This document shows, piece by piece, positions 29,968 to 39,701 of a DNA stretch of 64,000 nt. The notes beneath the pieces are model-generated. The model worked only from the letters and a program-made list of their open reading frames with translations, had not been told where the DNA came from and did not search any database. How positions within the stretch are numbered: the stretch's first letter is position 1; every line of letters begins with the position of its first letter. The DNA is taken from contig JBJMHZ010000043.1 of assembly GCA_045807125.1 (NCBI GenBank), positions 14,357 to 78,356 of the forward strand, read 5' to 3'. Both the position numbers and the translations under genes were made by a program. The DNA is from Frankiaceae bacterium (GTDB lineage: Bacteria; Actinomycetota; Actinomycetes; JAWWOL01).

Positions 29968-32012
29968 CGGCCAGCGACCGGCTGGGGCGCGGGCTGGCGG
30001 CCGGCCTGGTGACCGGCACCGCCTGGCTGATGACCGCACCGGCCGTGCTGCTCGCCGCGTGGCTGCTCGCCGGCGTGCCGCTGCTGCTGGCCGGCGCCTT
30101 CCGGCCGGCGTGGGCGGTGCCGGCCGCGGCGGCGCTCGCGCTGCCGATGCTGCTGGTCGCCCGCCGGGTGCGCGCGCCGGCCCTGCCGTGGTGGGCCGCG
30201 CTGCTCACTCTGGTCGTCGTCGGCTGCGCCACGGGATGGGCGGTCGCCCACGCGTCGGAGAACCTCGTGGTTCGGCGCGACCCCGGCCCGTACGGGCTGA
30301 TCGCGCACTGGATCGGCGTGCACGGCACCATGCGCATCCCCGACGACGCGGCGGTCTTCGGTCACGACCCGGCGCTCAGCTACGACAGTCCCGGTTTCTA
30401 CTCCGGGCCGGGCGACTCGGTGCAGCCGCAGTTCCAGTCGGGGCCGGCGCTGGCGTTCGCGCCCGGGGCGTGGGTGGCCGGGCTGCACGGCGGGCTCGCC
30501 GCCAACGCGGTCATCGCGGGGCTGGCGGTGCTCGCCGCCGCCGGGCTCGCCGCGCGCGTCATCGGGCCGTGCTGGGCGCCGCTCGCCGCGCTCGTGCTCG
30601 CGGTCGCGTACCCCCAGACGCACACCGCCCGGTCGCCGTACAGCGAGACGGTCGACGAGCTGCTGCTGCTCGGCGGGCTCGCGATGCTGGTCGCCGCCCT
30701 GTCGTGCGCGGGGGACGGGCGGGACGGCGTGGACGGCGATCGCGTGCCCATCGGGCCGCTTGCCATCGCCGGGCTCGTGCTGGGCGCCGCGCCGCTCGCC
30801 AGGGTCGACGCGTTCGTCGACCTGATGCCGCTCGCGGTGGTGATCGTGCTGCTGGCGGCGCTGCCCGGGCGGCGGCCGCTGCGCCGGGCCGGGGCCCTGG
30901 CCGCCGGGCTGGCGGCCGGCATCGGGCTGGCCCTCGCCGACGACCACTGGCTGCACTACCTGTACGTGCACGACATCCCGGCATCGCTCGACCCGCTGTG
31001 GATCGGCGGGGCGGTGCTCGCGGCGCTGACCATGGTGGCTGCGGTGGCGGTGCGCCGCCCGGCCGTCCGGGCCAGGCTCGCGAGGGTGCCGCGGCAGCTG
31101 CTGCACCGGGTGGCGGCCGCGGCCGCGGCCGCCGTCTGCCTCGTCGCGGCCGGGCTGTGGTTCGTGCGGCCCTACGTCTCGCACCCGCTCACCTGGCCCA
31201 CCGACCCGGCGATCCCCGAGATCGCCGAGCTGCAGCGCTTCCAGCACCTGCCGGTCGACGGGCGCCGCACCTACGCCGAGTGGTCGCTGCACTGGCTCGG
31301 CTGGTGGCTCGGGCCGGTCACGGTCGTCCTCGCGGTGGCGGCGCTGGCCGCGCTGGTGCGCCGGCACGTGCGCGGGCGCGACCTCGCGCTCGTGCCGCTC
31401 ACGGTGGTGACCCTCTGCGCCGCCGTGGTCGTGCTCTACGACCCCAAGGCGGCCGGCGACCACCCCTGGGTGGAGCGCCGGTTCGTCCCCGTCGTGCTGC
31501 CGGCCGTCGTCCTGCTCGCGACCGCGGCGCTGGCGTGGCTGGCCCGCCGTGCCCCGCGCGGGCGGCTCGTCGCGGCGGTGGGCGCGGTCGCTGTCCTCGC
31601 CCCGACCGTGGTGGCGAGCGCGTCGCTCTGGGGCTCGCGCACCGAGACCGGCCAGTACGCCGCGGTCCGCACGCTCTGCGCGCGGGCCGGCCCGGGCGCC
31701 GCCGTCGTCATGGTCGACGACCCGGTCGGGCTGCGGCTGGCGCAGACCGTCCGCGACCTGTGCGGAGTGCCGGTGGCCCGCCTGCGGCGCGGCACCGTGG
31801 CCGGTGCGGTCGATCGGCTGGCGCGGCCGGTGGCGGCGACCGGGCGCCACCTCGTGCTGATGGGCTGGGAGCGGAGCGCGCTCGGCGCGTACGCCGGGCG
31901 GGCCGAGCAGGTGGTCGGCCTGACCTACCCCTCCGACCAGCGACTGCTGATGAAGCGGCCCTCGACCGTGGGCCACGAGGATCTCCAGGTGTGGCTCGTC
32001 GACCTCGGCTGA
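29964..32012 (+). CDS. Large (682-aa) polytopic membrane protein of unknown function, possibly GT-C-like
   Basis: GTG 29964 is coupled to the upstream stop. It has more than 10 hydrophobic helices and one sizeable loop (RDPGPYGLIAHWIGVHGTMRIP...). I recognised no soluble catalytic motif. Confidence 0.6.
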   Translation: MTASDRLGRGLAAGLVTGTAWLMTAPAVLLAAWLLAGVPLLLAGAFRPAWAVPAAAALALPMLLVARRVRAPALPWWAALLTLVVVGCATGWAVAHASENLVVRRDPGPYGLIAHWIGVHGTMRIPDDAAVFGHDPALSYDSPGFYSGPGDSVQPQFQSGPALAFAPGAWVAGLHGGLAANAVIAGLAVLAAAGLAARVIGPCWAPLAALVLAVAYPQTHTARSPYSETVDELLLLGGLAMLVAALSCAGDGRDGVDGDRVPIGPLAIAGLVLGAAPLARVDAFVDLMPLAVVIVLLAALPGRRPLRRAGALAAGLAAGIGLALADDHWLHYLYVHDIPASLDPLWIGGAVLAALTMVAAVAVRRPAVRARLARVPRQLLHRVAAAAAAAVCLVAAGLWFVRPYVSHPLTWPTDPAIPEIAELQRFQHLPVDGRRTYAEWSLHWLGWWLGPVTVVLAVAALAALVRRHVRGRDLALVPLTVVTLCAAVVVLYDPKAAGDHPWVERRFVPVVLPAVVLLATAALAWLARRAPRGRLVAAVGAVAVLAPTVVASASLWGSRTETGQYAAVRTLCARAGPGAAVVMVDDPVGLRLAQTVRDLCGVPVARLRRGTVAGAVDRLARPVAATGRHLVLMGWERSALGAYAGRAEQVVGLTYPSDQRLLMKRPSTVGHEDLQVWLVDLG

Positions 32013-32098
32013 GCGAGCGCGGTTGCGGGCGAAAGGTCCGGCCGCGTCCTGCCGACGTGGCTAATGTCAGGCACCTGCCGTCCCGAGGAGTCGCCGTC

Positions 32099-33973
32099 GT
32101 GCACCGCCCAGCCCCGCGCCTCGCTGCCACCGTCACCGGCTGCCTCGCCGCTGCGGCGCTCCTCACCGCCGCGCCGGGCAGCACCGCGGGAGCCGCGGGC
32201 ACCACGAGCGCCGTGCAGGAGGTCTACCGGGTGCCGGCGAGCGGGATCTTCACCGTCGACGGGCGCGGCTACGGCCACGGGTACGGGATGTCGCAGTGGG
32301 GCGCGGCGCAGGCCGCCGAGCAGGGCGTGCCGGCGAGCCGGATCCTCGACTTCTACTACCCGGGCACGACGGCGGCGCCGGCCGGCAACCCCTGGATCAA
32401 GGTCGCGCTCACCGGCACCGGCAACGGCTCCACGACGGCCGGGTACGGCGGCAGCGGCAGCTACCGCTACCAGTGCAGCGACGCGGCGCACGCCTCGACG
32501 TACTGCGCGCTCGTGGTCGACGTGACCAGCGGGCTGGTCGTGACCGACTCGGCGACCGGCAACCATCCCGACACGACCGCGGGCGTCACGAAGTGGCAGG
32601 TGACCGTCGCCGCGGACGGCCTGCACCTGGCCGGCTGGACGGGCGGCGCATGGGCCGACGCGCCCGTCGGCGGGCAGGCTGCGGTGACCGGCCCGCTGCT
32701 CCTTTCCGGCCCGACGTTCGTGCGCGTCGACTACGGCAGCGCCCAGCGCGACTACCGCGGCATCGTCTCCGCGACCTGGACGTCGCCGGCCGGCACCAGC
32801 CCGGCCCGGATGATCCGCCTCGACTCGCTGCACCTCGACGACTACGTGCGGGGCGTCGTCTACCGGGAGTCGTCGTCCTCGTGGGGGCTGGCCGCGCTTG
32901 AGGCGCAGGCCGTGGCTGCGCGGTCGTACGCGGCCAGCTTCCGGCACGACTCGCGCGGCGCCGGCAAGCCGTACGACATCTGCGACTCCACCTTCTGCCA
33001 GGTCTTCGGCGGGAGCCGGCTCTACTCGGGCGGGTCGTCCACCTGGCTGGAGCCCGACCCGGCCCAGCCGGCGTCGGACCCGGTGACGCAGACCGCCGAC
33101 ACGATCCGGCTCACCTCCGACGGGCTGCCGCTGTGGGCGGAGTTCAGCTCGTCGAACGGCGGCTGGACCGCCGGTGGCGCGACGTACGCGACCCCCAGGT
33201 ACGACGCCTGGGACTACCACAGCGCCGACCCGTCGCGCCGGTGGTCCACGACGCTTCACGCGGCCTCGATCGCGAGCGGCTACGGGCTCGCGCGGCTCGA
33301 CGAGCTGATCGTCACCCAGCGCGACGGCACCTCGGCGCAGTGGGGCGGCCGGGTGCGGGCCGTCCGGCTCGTCGGCGTCGACGCCGGCGGGGCCACCCGC
33401 ACGGTCGACCTCACCAGCCAGACGGCGGTGCGCTTCGGCATGCGCTCGACCTTCTGGCACATCTCGACGGTGACCCTCACCGGACCGGTGAGCGCGCCGA
33501 GGGGCAGCACGGTCGCGCTGCACGGCACCGCGTCGCCGGGCGCGGCCGTCACGGTCTACCGCAAGGCGCAGAACTGGGGCGCGTACGCCGAGCTCGCGCA
33601 GGTGACCGCCGACGCGACGGGAGCGTTCACCGCCCGCTACCGCGCCACCGTCGACGACCAGTACTACGCGGTCGCCGGCGGGCGCTCCTCGGCGGTCGGC
33701 CTGACCTCCGCGACCGGGACGACGGTCACCGGCCCGGCCACCGCCGCGAGAGGCACGTGGGTCAAGGTCACCGGTTACGCCGAGCCGGGCGCCGCCGTCA
33801 CCCTCCACGTGCGCAAGGCCGGCGCGAGCGGTTGGATCACCCGCCCGGCGACCACCGCGGGAGCCGCCGGGTGGTGGACCCGATCGTTCTACGCGGACGC
33901 ATCGGCGAGCTACTTCGCCGATGCTGCCGGACAGGTCTCCGCTACGCGGACGACCACCGTGGCGTCGGCGTAG
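32099..33973 (+). CDS. Secreted SpoIID/LytB-domain protein with two C-terminal Ig-like repeats
   Basis: The SD gaggag lies 8 nt before GTG 32099. The signal peptide is LAATVTGCLAAAALLTAAPGSTAG. SpoIID-type blocks include GYGHGYGMSQWGA, LEAQAVAARSYA, CDSTFCQVFGG and FSSSNGGWT. Confidence 0.8.
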   Translation: MHRPAPRLAATVTGCLAAAALLTAAPGSTAGAAGTTSAVQEVYRVPASGIFTVDGRGYGHGYGMSQWGAAQAAEQGVPASRILDFYYPGTTAAPAGNPWIKVALTGTGNGSTTAGYGGSGSYRYQCSDAAHASTYCALVVDVTSGLVVTDSATGNHPDTTAGVTKWQVTVAADGLHLAGWTGGAWADAPVGGQAAVTGPLLLSGPTFVRVDYGSAQRDYRGIVSATWTSPAGTSPARMIRLDSLHLDDYVRGVVYRESSSSWGLAALEAQAVAARSYAASFRHDSRGAGKPYDICDSTFCQVFGGSRLYSGGSSTWLEPDPAQPASDPVTQTADTIRLTSDGLPLWAEFSSSNGGWTAGGATYATPRYDAWDYHSADPSRRWSTTLHAASIASGYGLARLDELIVTQRDGTSAQWGGRVRAVRLVGVDAGGATRTVDLTSQTAVRFGMRSTFWHISTVTLTGPVSAPRGSTVALHGTASPGAAVTVYRKAQNWGAYAELAQVTADATGAFTARYRATVDDQYYAVAGGRSSAVGLTSATGTTVTGPATAARGTWVKVTGYAEPGAAVTLHVRKAGASGWITRPATTAGAAGWWTRSFYADASASYFADAAGQVSATRTTTVASA

Positions 33974-34028
33974 GCTGCTAGGTGGCGGCCTCGACCGCCC
34001 CACCTTCGTGAATGTGAGGAGTCGCAGC

Positions 34029-35156
34029 GTGGCGCCCCGCGTGCTCGTCGACGCAACGGCCGTACCGGCGGACCGCGGCGGAGTCGGACGATACGTCGAT
34101 GGCCTGATCGCCGCGCTCGGCGCGATGCAGGCCGATCTCGCTGTCGTGTGCCAGCGGGCCGACGCCGAGCGCTACGGGCGGATAGCGTCCGGGGCGACGA
34201 TCGTCGCCGGCCCCGCGGCGATATCGCACCGCCCTGCCCGGCTCGCCTGGGAGCAGACCGGGCTGCCGCTCGTCGCCCAGCAGGTCGGCGCCGACGTGGT
34301 GCACTCGCCGCACTACACGATGCCGCTGCGGGCCGGCCGGCCCGTCGTCGTCACCATCCACGACGTCACCTGGTTCAGCCAGCCCGAGGTGCACAGCCCG
34401 GTCAAGGGCACCTTCTTCCGCTCGGCGATCCGCACCGCGCTGCGCCGCGCCGACCGGGTGATCGTGCCGAGCAAGGCGACGAGGGACGAGCTCGGGCGCG
34501 TCCTCGACGCCGACCTGACGAGGGTCGACGTCGCCTTCCACGGGGTCGACACCGACCTGTTCCACCCGCCGACCGACGCCGAGCGGCAGCGGGTCGCGGC
34601 GCGGCTCGGGCTGCACGGGCAGAGCTACGTCGCGTTCCTCGGCACCCTGGAGCCGCGCAAGAACGTGCCCAACCTCGTCCGCGGCTGGGTCAAGGCGGTC
34701 GCCGACCGGCCCGACCCCCCGACGCTCGTCCTCGCCGGCGGCACCGGCTGGGACGAGGAGGTCGACGCGGCCACCGTCGCCGTGCCGTCGCACCTGCGGG
34801 TCATTCGCCCCGGCTACCTGCGCTTCGCCGACCTGCCCGGGTTCCTCGGCGGGGCACGGGTCGTCGCCTACCCCAGCCACGGGGAGGGCTTCGGGCTGCC
34901 GGTCCTGGAGGCCATGGCCTGCCGGGCGCCGGTGCTGACCACGCACCGGCTGTCCCTGCCCGAGGTCGGCGGCGACGCGGTCGCCTACACCGAGCCCGAC
35001 GCCGACGCCATCGCCGGCGCGCTCGGCGCGCTGCTCGACGACCCGGCGCGGCGCGAGGCGCTCGCCGAGGCCGGCTACCGCCGGTCGCGCGAGTTCACCT
35101 GGGCGGCCAGCGCAGAGGCGCACCTCGGCGCTTGGGCCCGCGCGGCCGCGAGCTGA
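34029..35156 (+). CDS. Glycosyltransferase family 4 (mannosyltransferase-like)
   Basis: The SD gaggag precedes GTG 34029. Motifs are VLVDATAVPADRGGVGRY, LGTLEPRKNV and YPSHGEGFGLPVLEAMACRAPV. Confidence 0.85.
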   Translation: MAPRVLVDATAVPADRGGVGRYVDGLIAALGAMQADLAVVCQRADAERYGRIASGATIVAGPAAISHRPARLAWEQTGLPLVAQQVGADVVHSPHYTMPLRAGRPVVVTIHDVTWFSQPEVHSPVKGTFFRSAIRTALRRADRVIVPSKATRDELGRVLDADLTRVDVAFHGVDTDLFHPPTDAERQRVAARLGLHGQSYVAFLGTLEPRKNVPNLVRGWVKAVADRPDPPTLVLAGGTGWDEEVDAATVAVPSHLRVIRPGYLRFADLPGFLGGARVVAYPSHGEGFGLPVLEAMACRAPVLTTHRLSLPEVGGDAVAYTEPDADAIAGALGALLDDPARREALAEAGYRRSREFTWAASAEAHLGAWARAAAS

Positions 35157-35200
35157 CCCGTACGCCCACCGGCGCGGAGGGCCGACCGATCGAAGCGATC

Positions 35201-36256
35201 ATGCTGGTGGGCGGCCAGGGCACCCGGCTGCGCCCGCTGACGGTCTCGACGCCGAAGCCGATGCTGCCGGCCGCCGGCGTGCCGTTCCTCACCCACCAGC
35301 TCGCCAGGGCCAGGGCGGCGGGCGTCGCGCACGTCGTGCTGGCGACGTCGTACCGGCCGGAGGTGTTCACCGGCCACTTCGGCGACGGCTCGACCCTCGG
35401 CCTGGCCATCGACTACGTCACCGAGGCTGAGCCGCTCGGCACCGGCGGCGCGATCCGCAACGTCGCCGACCGGCTGCGGTCCGGGCCGGACGACCCGGTC
35501 CTGATCCTGAACGGCGACATCCTGTCCGGTCACGACATCGGGGCGCAGGTGCGGCTGCACGAGCAGCGCGGCGCCGACGTGACGCTGCACCTGACCGAGG
35601 TGGCCGACGCGCGCGCGTTCGGCTGCGTGCCCACCGACGCCGGCGGCCGGGTGACCGCCTTCTGCGAGAAGATGCCGCAGCCGGTCACCAACCGGATCAA
35701 CGCCGGGTGCTACGTCTTCCGCCGGTCGGTGATCGACGCCGTCCCGGCCGGGCGGGTCGTGTCGGTGGAGCGGGAGACGTTCCCCGGCCTGCTGGCCGCC
35801 GGCGCCACCGTGCTCGGGTACGTCGACACCGCGTACTGGCTCGACCTCGGCACGCCCGATGCCTACGTGACCGGCTGCTGCGACCTGGTGCTGGGGCGGG
35901 CGCCCTCGCCGGTGGTGGAGCGCACCGGCGAGCGGCTGGTGCTGGGCGGCGCAGGCGTCGCGCCGGACGCCGTGCTCACCGGCGGCACGACGGTCGGCGC
36001 CGGGGCCACGATCGGCGCCGGCGCGACGCTCGACGCGTCGGTGGTGCTGGACGGCGCGCGGGTGGGGGCCGGGGCCAGGCTGCGCCGCTCGGTCGTCGGC
36101 CGCGAGGCGGTGATCGGCGACGGAGTGGTGCTCGACGAGGCCGTGGTCGGCGACGGCGCGCGCGTCGAGGCCGGCAACGAGCTGCGGGCCGGTGCGCGGG
36201 TGTGGGCCGGTGCCGCGCTCGCTCCCGGCGCGGTGCGGTTCTCCTCCGACCGCTGA
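35201..36256 (+). CDS. manC: Mannose-1-phosphate guanylyltransferase
   Basis: Motifs are MLVGGQGTRLRPLTVSTPKPMLP, EAEPLGTGGAI and LNGDIL, followed by a C-terminal left-handed beta-helix hexapeptide repeat region. Confidence 0.85.
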   Translation: MLVGGQGTRLRPLTVSTPKPMLPAAGVPFLTHQLARARAAGVAHVVLATSYRPEVFTGHFGDGSTLGLAIDYVTEAEPLGTGGAIRNVADRLRSGPDDPVLILNGDILSGHDIGAQVRLHEQRGADVTLHLTEVADARAFGCVPTDAGGRVTAFCEKMPQPVTNRINAGCYVFRRSVIDAVPAGRVVSVERETFPGLLAAGATVLGYVDTAYWLDLGTPDAYVTGCCDLVLGRAPSPVVERTGERLVLGGAGVAPDAVLTGGTTVGAGATIGAGATLDASVVLDGARVGAGARLRRSVVGREAVIGDGVVLDEAVVGDGARVEAGNELRAGARVWAGAALAPGAVRFSSDR

Positions 36257-36320
36257 GCCGGCCCCGGCCGTGCCCGCCGGGTCCGCGACGGGCTGCGGGC
36301 GAGCGGGCCGCTCCAGCGGC

Positions 36321-37211
36321 TCAGCTCTTCGTCGGCGACGGGCTCTTGGTCGGCTTCTTCGATGCGGAGCGGGACGGCACGGGGGAGACGCTCGTCGACG
36401 GGGTCGTCGGGCTGGTGGTCGCGCTCGGCGTGGTCGGCGCGGGCGCGATCGCCGGGAACTGCTTCACGAACGACGCCAGCGCCGCGCCCGAGACCTTGGC
36501 GCAGTACTGCACGTGGCCCTTGGTCGCGAGCGCCACCTGCTTGCCGGCGGGGAAGCTGCCGTAACCGGTGGCCCACGGCACCACGAGGACGTTGGGGTTG
36601 TCGACGCCCACCCGCTCCGCGAGCTGGCGCAGCGTCTTGACCTGGGAGGACGCCAGGCCGGGCAGGTACCAGACCACGGTGTCGCCGTTCAGCTCGTTGG
36701 CCACCAGCTGCTCGACCTTCGGCTTGGCGGTCGGCGGGAAGAAGTTCGGCGTGCTCGGCAGCGGGGTGGCGTAGTGCTCGCCGCCCACCGGCGGCGCGCT
36801 CCGGTAGGTGCCCTTGGTCCGCTTCGCGTCCTTGCTGCCGGGGCCGATGAGCGCGTCCTTGCCGGCCGCCGGGCTGGTGGGCGCGTCGCAGCCGGCCTTC
36901 GTCGCCGAGGTGCCGAACGACGCGAGCTTGCGCTCGGTCACCGGCTTGGGCTTCGTCGCCTGCGGGATCCACACGGCGGCGATGATCGCGAGCCCGGCCA
37001 GCACCGCGATGCCGGCGAAGCTCCAGGTGCGCACCCGCTCCCGCTTGGCCAGTCGCCGCTTCTGCGCTTCGAGCTCGTGGCGGCGCAGCCTGGCGGCCTG
37101 CTTGGCGTCGAGCTTCCTGGAACCCTTGGGCGGCACGGCGTCTTCTGTCCTCCGTGGGGGATTGCGGCTCGCCGAAGCATACGCGGCCCGGCTCCCCCGC
37201 CGGTCGGCCAT
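36321..37211 (-). CDS. DUF3105-like membrane-anchored protein with a Pro/Thr/Ser-rich tail
   Basis: It has a basic N-terminus, one TM segment (WSFAGIAVLAGLAIIAAVWI), a core with PPVGGEHY and ...GDTVVWYLPG, and the C-terminal low-complexity tail APAPTTPSATTSPTTPSTSVSP. Confidence 0.6.
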   Translation of the reverse strand: MADRRGSRAAYASASRNPPRRTEDAVPPKGSRKLDAKQAARLRRHELEAQKRRLAKRERVRTWSFAGIAVLAGLAIIAAVWIPQATKPKPVTERKLASFGTSATKAGCDAPTSPAAGKDALIGPGSKDAKRTKGTYRSAPPVGGEHYATPLPSTPNFFPPTAKPKVEQLVANELNGDTVVWYLPGLASSQVKTLRQLAERVGVDNPNVLVVPWATGYGSFPAGKQVALATKGHVQYCAKVSGAALASFVKQFPAIAPAPTTPSATTSPTTPSTSVSPVPSRSASKKPTKSPSPTKS

Positions 37212-38181
37212 GCCGCAGACTGTCCGGGTGACCGTCGCGCCCGCACGCGCCGATCGGGGGGACGTCCCTCCCGGCGGCCCGGACGCGACGACCGAGTGGC
37301 GCCCCCCGTACGCCGTCGACATCGCCGACACCCTCGGCGACCTCCAGCGGGGTCGCGGCGACCCGACCCAGCAGCTGCGGCCGGACGGTGCCTGGCGCAC
37401 CGCGCTCACTCCCGAGGGCCCGGCCACCGTGCACCTGGCCCGCCGGTCGGGGACGGTCGTGGCGTCGGCGTGGGGCGCGGGCGCCGGGTGGCTCGTGGCG
37501 GCGGTGCCCGACCTGCTCGGGCAACGGGACCGGCCGGAGGAGTTCCCGGTGCGGGACGGGCCGGTCGGCGCGGCCTGGCAGCGCCGGCCAGGACTGCGGG
37601 TGCCGCGCACCGGACTGGTGTACGAGACGCTGCTGCCGACCGTGCTGGAGCAGCTCGTCACGTCGACCGAGGCTCGGCGCTCGTGGCGGGAGCTGCTGCG
37701 CCGGTTCGGCTCGCCGGCCCCGGGGCCGGCGCCGGCCGGGATGCGCGTGGTGCCCGCGCCGGCCACCTTGCTGCGGCTGCCGCCCTGGGAGTGGCACCTG
37801 GCCGGGGTCGACGGCCGGCGCCGGCTCACGATGATCGCGGTCGCGCGGGTAGCTGCCGCCCTCGACCGGACGGCCGAGCTGCCGCTTCCCGAGGCGCGGC
37901 GGCGGCTGGTCACCGTGCCCGGCGTCGGGCCGTGGACGGTGGCCGAGGTCGCCGCGCGGGCGCTCGGCGACCTCGACGCGGTGCCGGTCGGGGACTTCCA
38001 CCTGCCATCGGTCGTCGGGCGCGCGCTCACCGGCCGGCCGCTCGACGACGCCGGGATGCTGGCGGCGCTGGAGCCCTACCGCCCGCAGCGCTGGCGCGCG
38101 CTGCGGCTCATCGCGACGCTCGGAGGCGGGATGCCGCGGTTCGGCCCGCGGTTCCCCATCAGGGACAACCGGCAGTGCTGA
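37210..38181 (+). CDS. DNA-3-methyladenine glycosylase II-like (HhH-GPD, AlkA family) protein
   Basis: The HhH-GPD block is LVTVPGVGPWTVAEVAARALGDLDAVPVGDFHL. ATG 37210 overlaps the divergent start codon (CAT 37209-37211). The start is uncertain. Confidence 0.65.
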   Translation: MPQTVRVTVAPARADRGDVPPGGPDATTEWRPPYAVDIADTLGDLQRGRGDPTQQLRPDGAWRTALTPEGPATVHLARRSGTVVASAWGAGAGWLVAAVPDLLGQRDRPEEFPVRDGPVGAAWQRRPGLRVPRTGLVYETLLPTVLEQLVTSTEARRSWRELLRRFGSPAPGPAPAGMRVVPAPATLLRLPPWEWHLAGVDGRRRLTMIAVARVAAALDRTAELPLPEARRRLVTVPGVGPWTVAEVAARALGDLDAVPVGDFHLPSVVGRALTGRPLDDAGMLAALEPYRPQRWRALRLIATLGGGMPRFGPRFPIRDNRQC

Positions 38182-38311
38182 CCGGCCGGCTGGCCCTCGG
38201 CTGACCGCACCCAGCGCAACGGTTGCGTTGACGTGCCGTCGCCCGAGCACTGCGGGACGGCCCCGGCACGCTGCGTCATGCTGGTCGCATGGGGACGGAA
38301 GGGGGCCGCCG

Positions 38312-38575
38312 ATGACCGAGCTGGACGACGGTCGGCTCCTGGCGGCGATGCGAGCCTACCTGAGGGCGACCGACGCGCTGGCGCGGGCCGTCGACCACGG
38401 TGACGAGCGGGCGATCATGGACGGGGCGGAGCAGCGCTCGATCGCCGCCATGGCCGTGCACCGCCGGCTGGTCGAGCTGGGCTGGACCGCGCCCGTCCGC
38501 GGCCATGGTCGCTCGCCGCTGCCCGGCGGCCGACCCGAGGGCGAGGCCGCTGCCGACAGCGACGACGCCTCCTGA
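38312..38575 (+). CDS. Hypothetical small helical protein
   Basis: The SD ggaaggggg lies upstream of ATG 38312. The 87-aa product has a helical-looking N-part (RLLAAMRAYLRATDALARAV) and an acidic tail. I recognised no family. Confidence 0.45.
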   Translation: MTELDDGRLLAAMRAYLRATDALARAVDHGDERAIMDGAEQRSIAAMAVHRRLVELGWTAPVRGHGRSPLPGGRPEGEAAADSDDAS

Positions 38576-38606
38576 TCCCGCCTCCTGCCCCCGCCCTCCT
38601 GCCGGC

Positions 38607-39701
38607 TCAGCCGGTGACGCCCTGGTCGCCCAGCGCGATCTCCACGACGGTCTGGTACGCCTGGTGCCCGGTGGGGCGCACCCAGGTGACCCTCTCGACC
38701 GCCGCGGGCACTCCGGCGGCGGCGAGCGCGGCGATGATGCGCGCGGCCAGCAGGCCGGCGGCCACCATCTCCTCGCTTCGCCGGCACATGACCCGCACCC
38801 GCCGCTCCTCCGGTGCGTGGAAGACGCCGAGATCGGCCGCCGGCCCGAGCAGCGTCCGCAGCACGCGCTCCACCGGGTGGTCGAGGTCGCGGTCGGGCGG
38901 CCCACCGAGGAGCCCGATCGATGCCTTCGGCGCGGCGCCCGCGACCAGCTCCTCGGCGAGCGCCCGGCGGCCGGCGGCGGTCGCCTCGGCCGTGCCCAGC
39001 CGGAACAGGTCCTCCCCCGGCGGCCGCACCAGTGCGCGGACGCCCGCGTCGGACCGCTCGTGCTGGAAGCCGCGGATCACGGCGACCGGCACGCCGGCCA
39101 GCTTGCCCTTGACCAGCTCCGCGGCCGCGGCGAGCGCGTCGACGTCGGCCATCTCGGTCATCACGAGCGGGTTGCCGTACGGGTCGGTGCTCCCCCGGTA
39201 GTCGCGCAGCGGCGCGATGCCCGCTGCGCCGATGGCGACGTCGACCAGCCCCCGCCGCCATGGCCGGCCGAAGGTGTCGGACACCACGACGGCGACGTCG
39301 ACCCCGAGCGCCTCCGCCAAGCCCGCCCGCAGCCGCCGGGCCGACGCGTCCGGGTCGGCGGGGAGCAGGACGAGGGCGTCCAGCGCGGCGTTCGAGGCGT
39401 CGACGCCGGCGGCGGCGAGCACGAAGCCGTGGGCGGTCTCGACGATGCGGGTCCGGCCGCGCGCGGCCACGGCGCGGACGGCCTCGGCATCGACGGCCGC
39501 TTGCCGCGCCGCCTCGCGGCCCTCGGGGTCGGTCGGCGAGCCGACGACCCGGCCCTCGGCCTTGCTCACCACCTTGGACGTGACCACGACGACGTCGCCG
39601 TCGGCGAGCGCCGGCTCGGCCGCGGCGATCAGCGCGGCCAGGTCGTCGCCGGGGCGGACCTCGCCGGGCAGCCGGACCCCCAGCACCTCCAGCCGGGTCA
39701 T
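38607..39701 (-). CDS. fbiB: Coenzyme F420:L-glutamate ligase (CofE/FbiB), short form
   Basis: CofE blocks are [35 protein letters not shown] and ELVKGK. It is 364 aa. The start overlaps the fbiA stop. Confidence 0.8.
   Translation of the reverse strand: MTRLEVLGVRLPGEVRPGDDLAALIAAAEPALADGDVVVVTSKVVSKAEGRVVGSPTDPEGREAARQAAVDAEAVRAVAARGRTRIVETAHGFVLAAAGVDASNAALDALVLLPADPDASARRLRAGLAEALGVDVAVVVSDTFGRPWRRGLVDVAIGAAGIAPLRDYRGSTDPYGNPLVMTEMADVDALAAAAELVKGKLAGVPVAVIRGFQHERSDAGVRALVRPPGEDLFRLGTAEATAAGRRALAEELVAGAAPKASIGLLGGPPDRDLDHPVERVLRTLLGPAADLGVFHAPEERRVRVMCRRSEEMVAAGLLAARIIAALAAAGVPAAVERVTWVRPTGHQAYQTVVEIALGDQGVTG

Noticed and set aside
29696-32098. The 5' two thirds of the 1425-aa ORF 29696-33973, and likewise the long 5' extensions of ORFs 28788, 28063, 34148, 43562, 49546, 55390, 56409 and 58861.
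   Set aside because: Only the 3' parts have protein-like sequence, an SD plus start codon, and start/stop coupling to the preceding gene. The upstream parts are Arg/Pro-rich read-through in an alternative frame of the real upstream genes.
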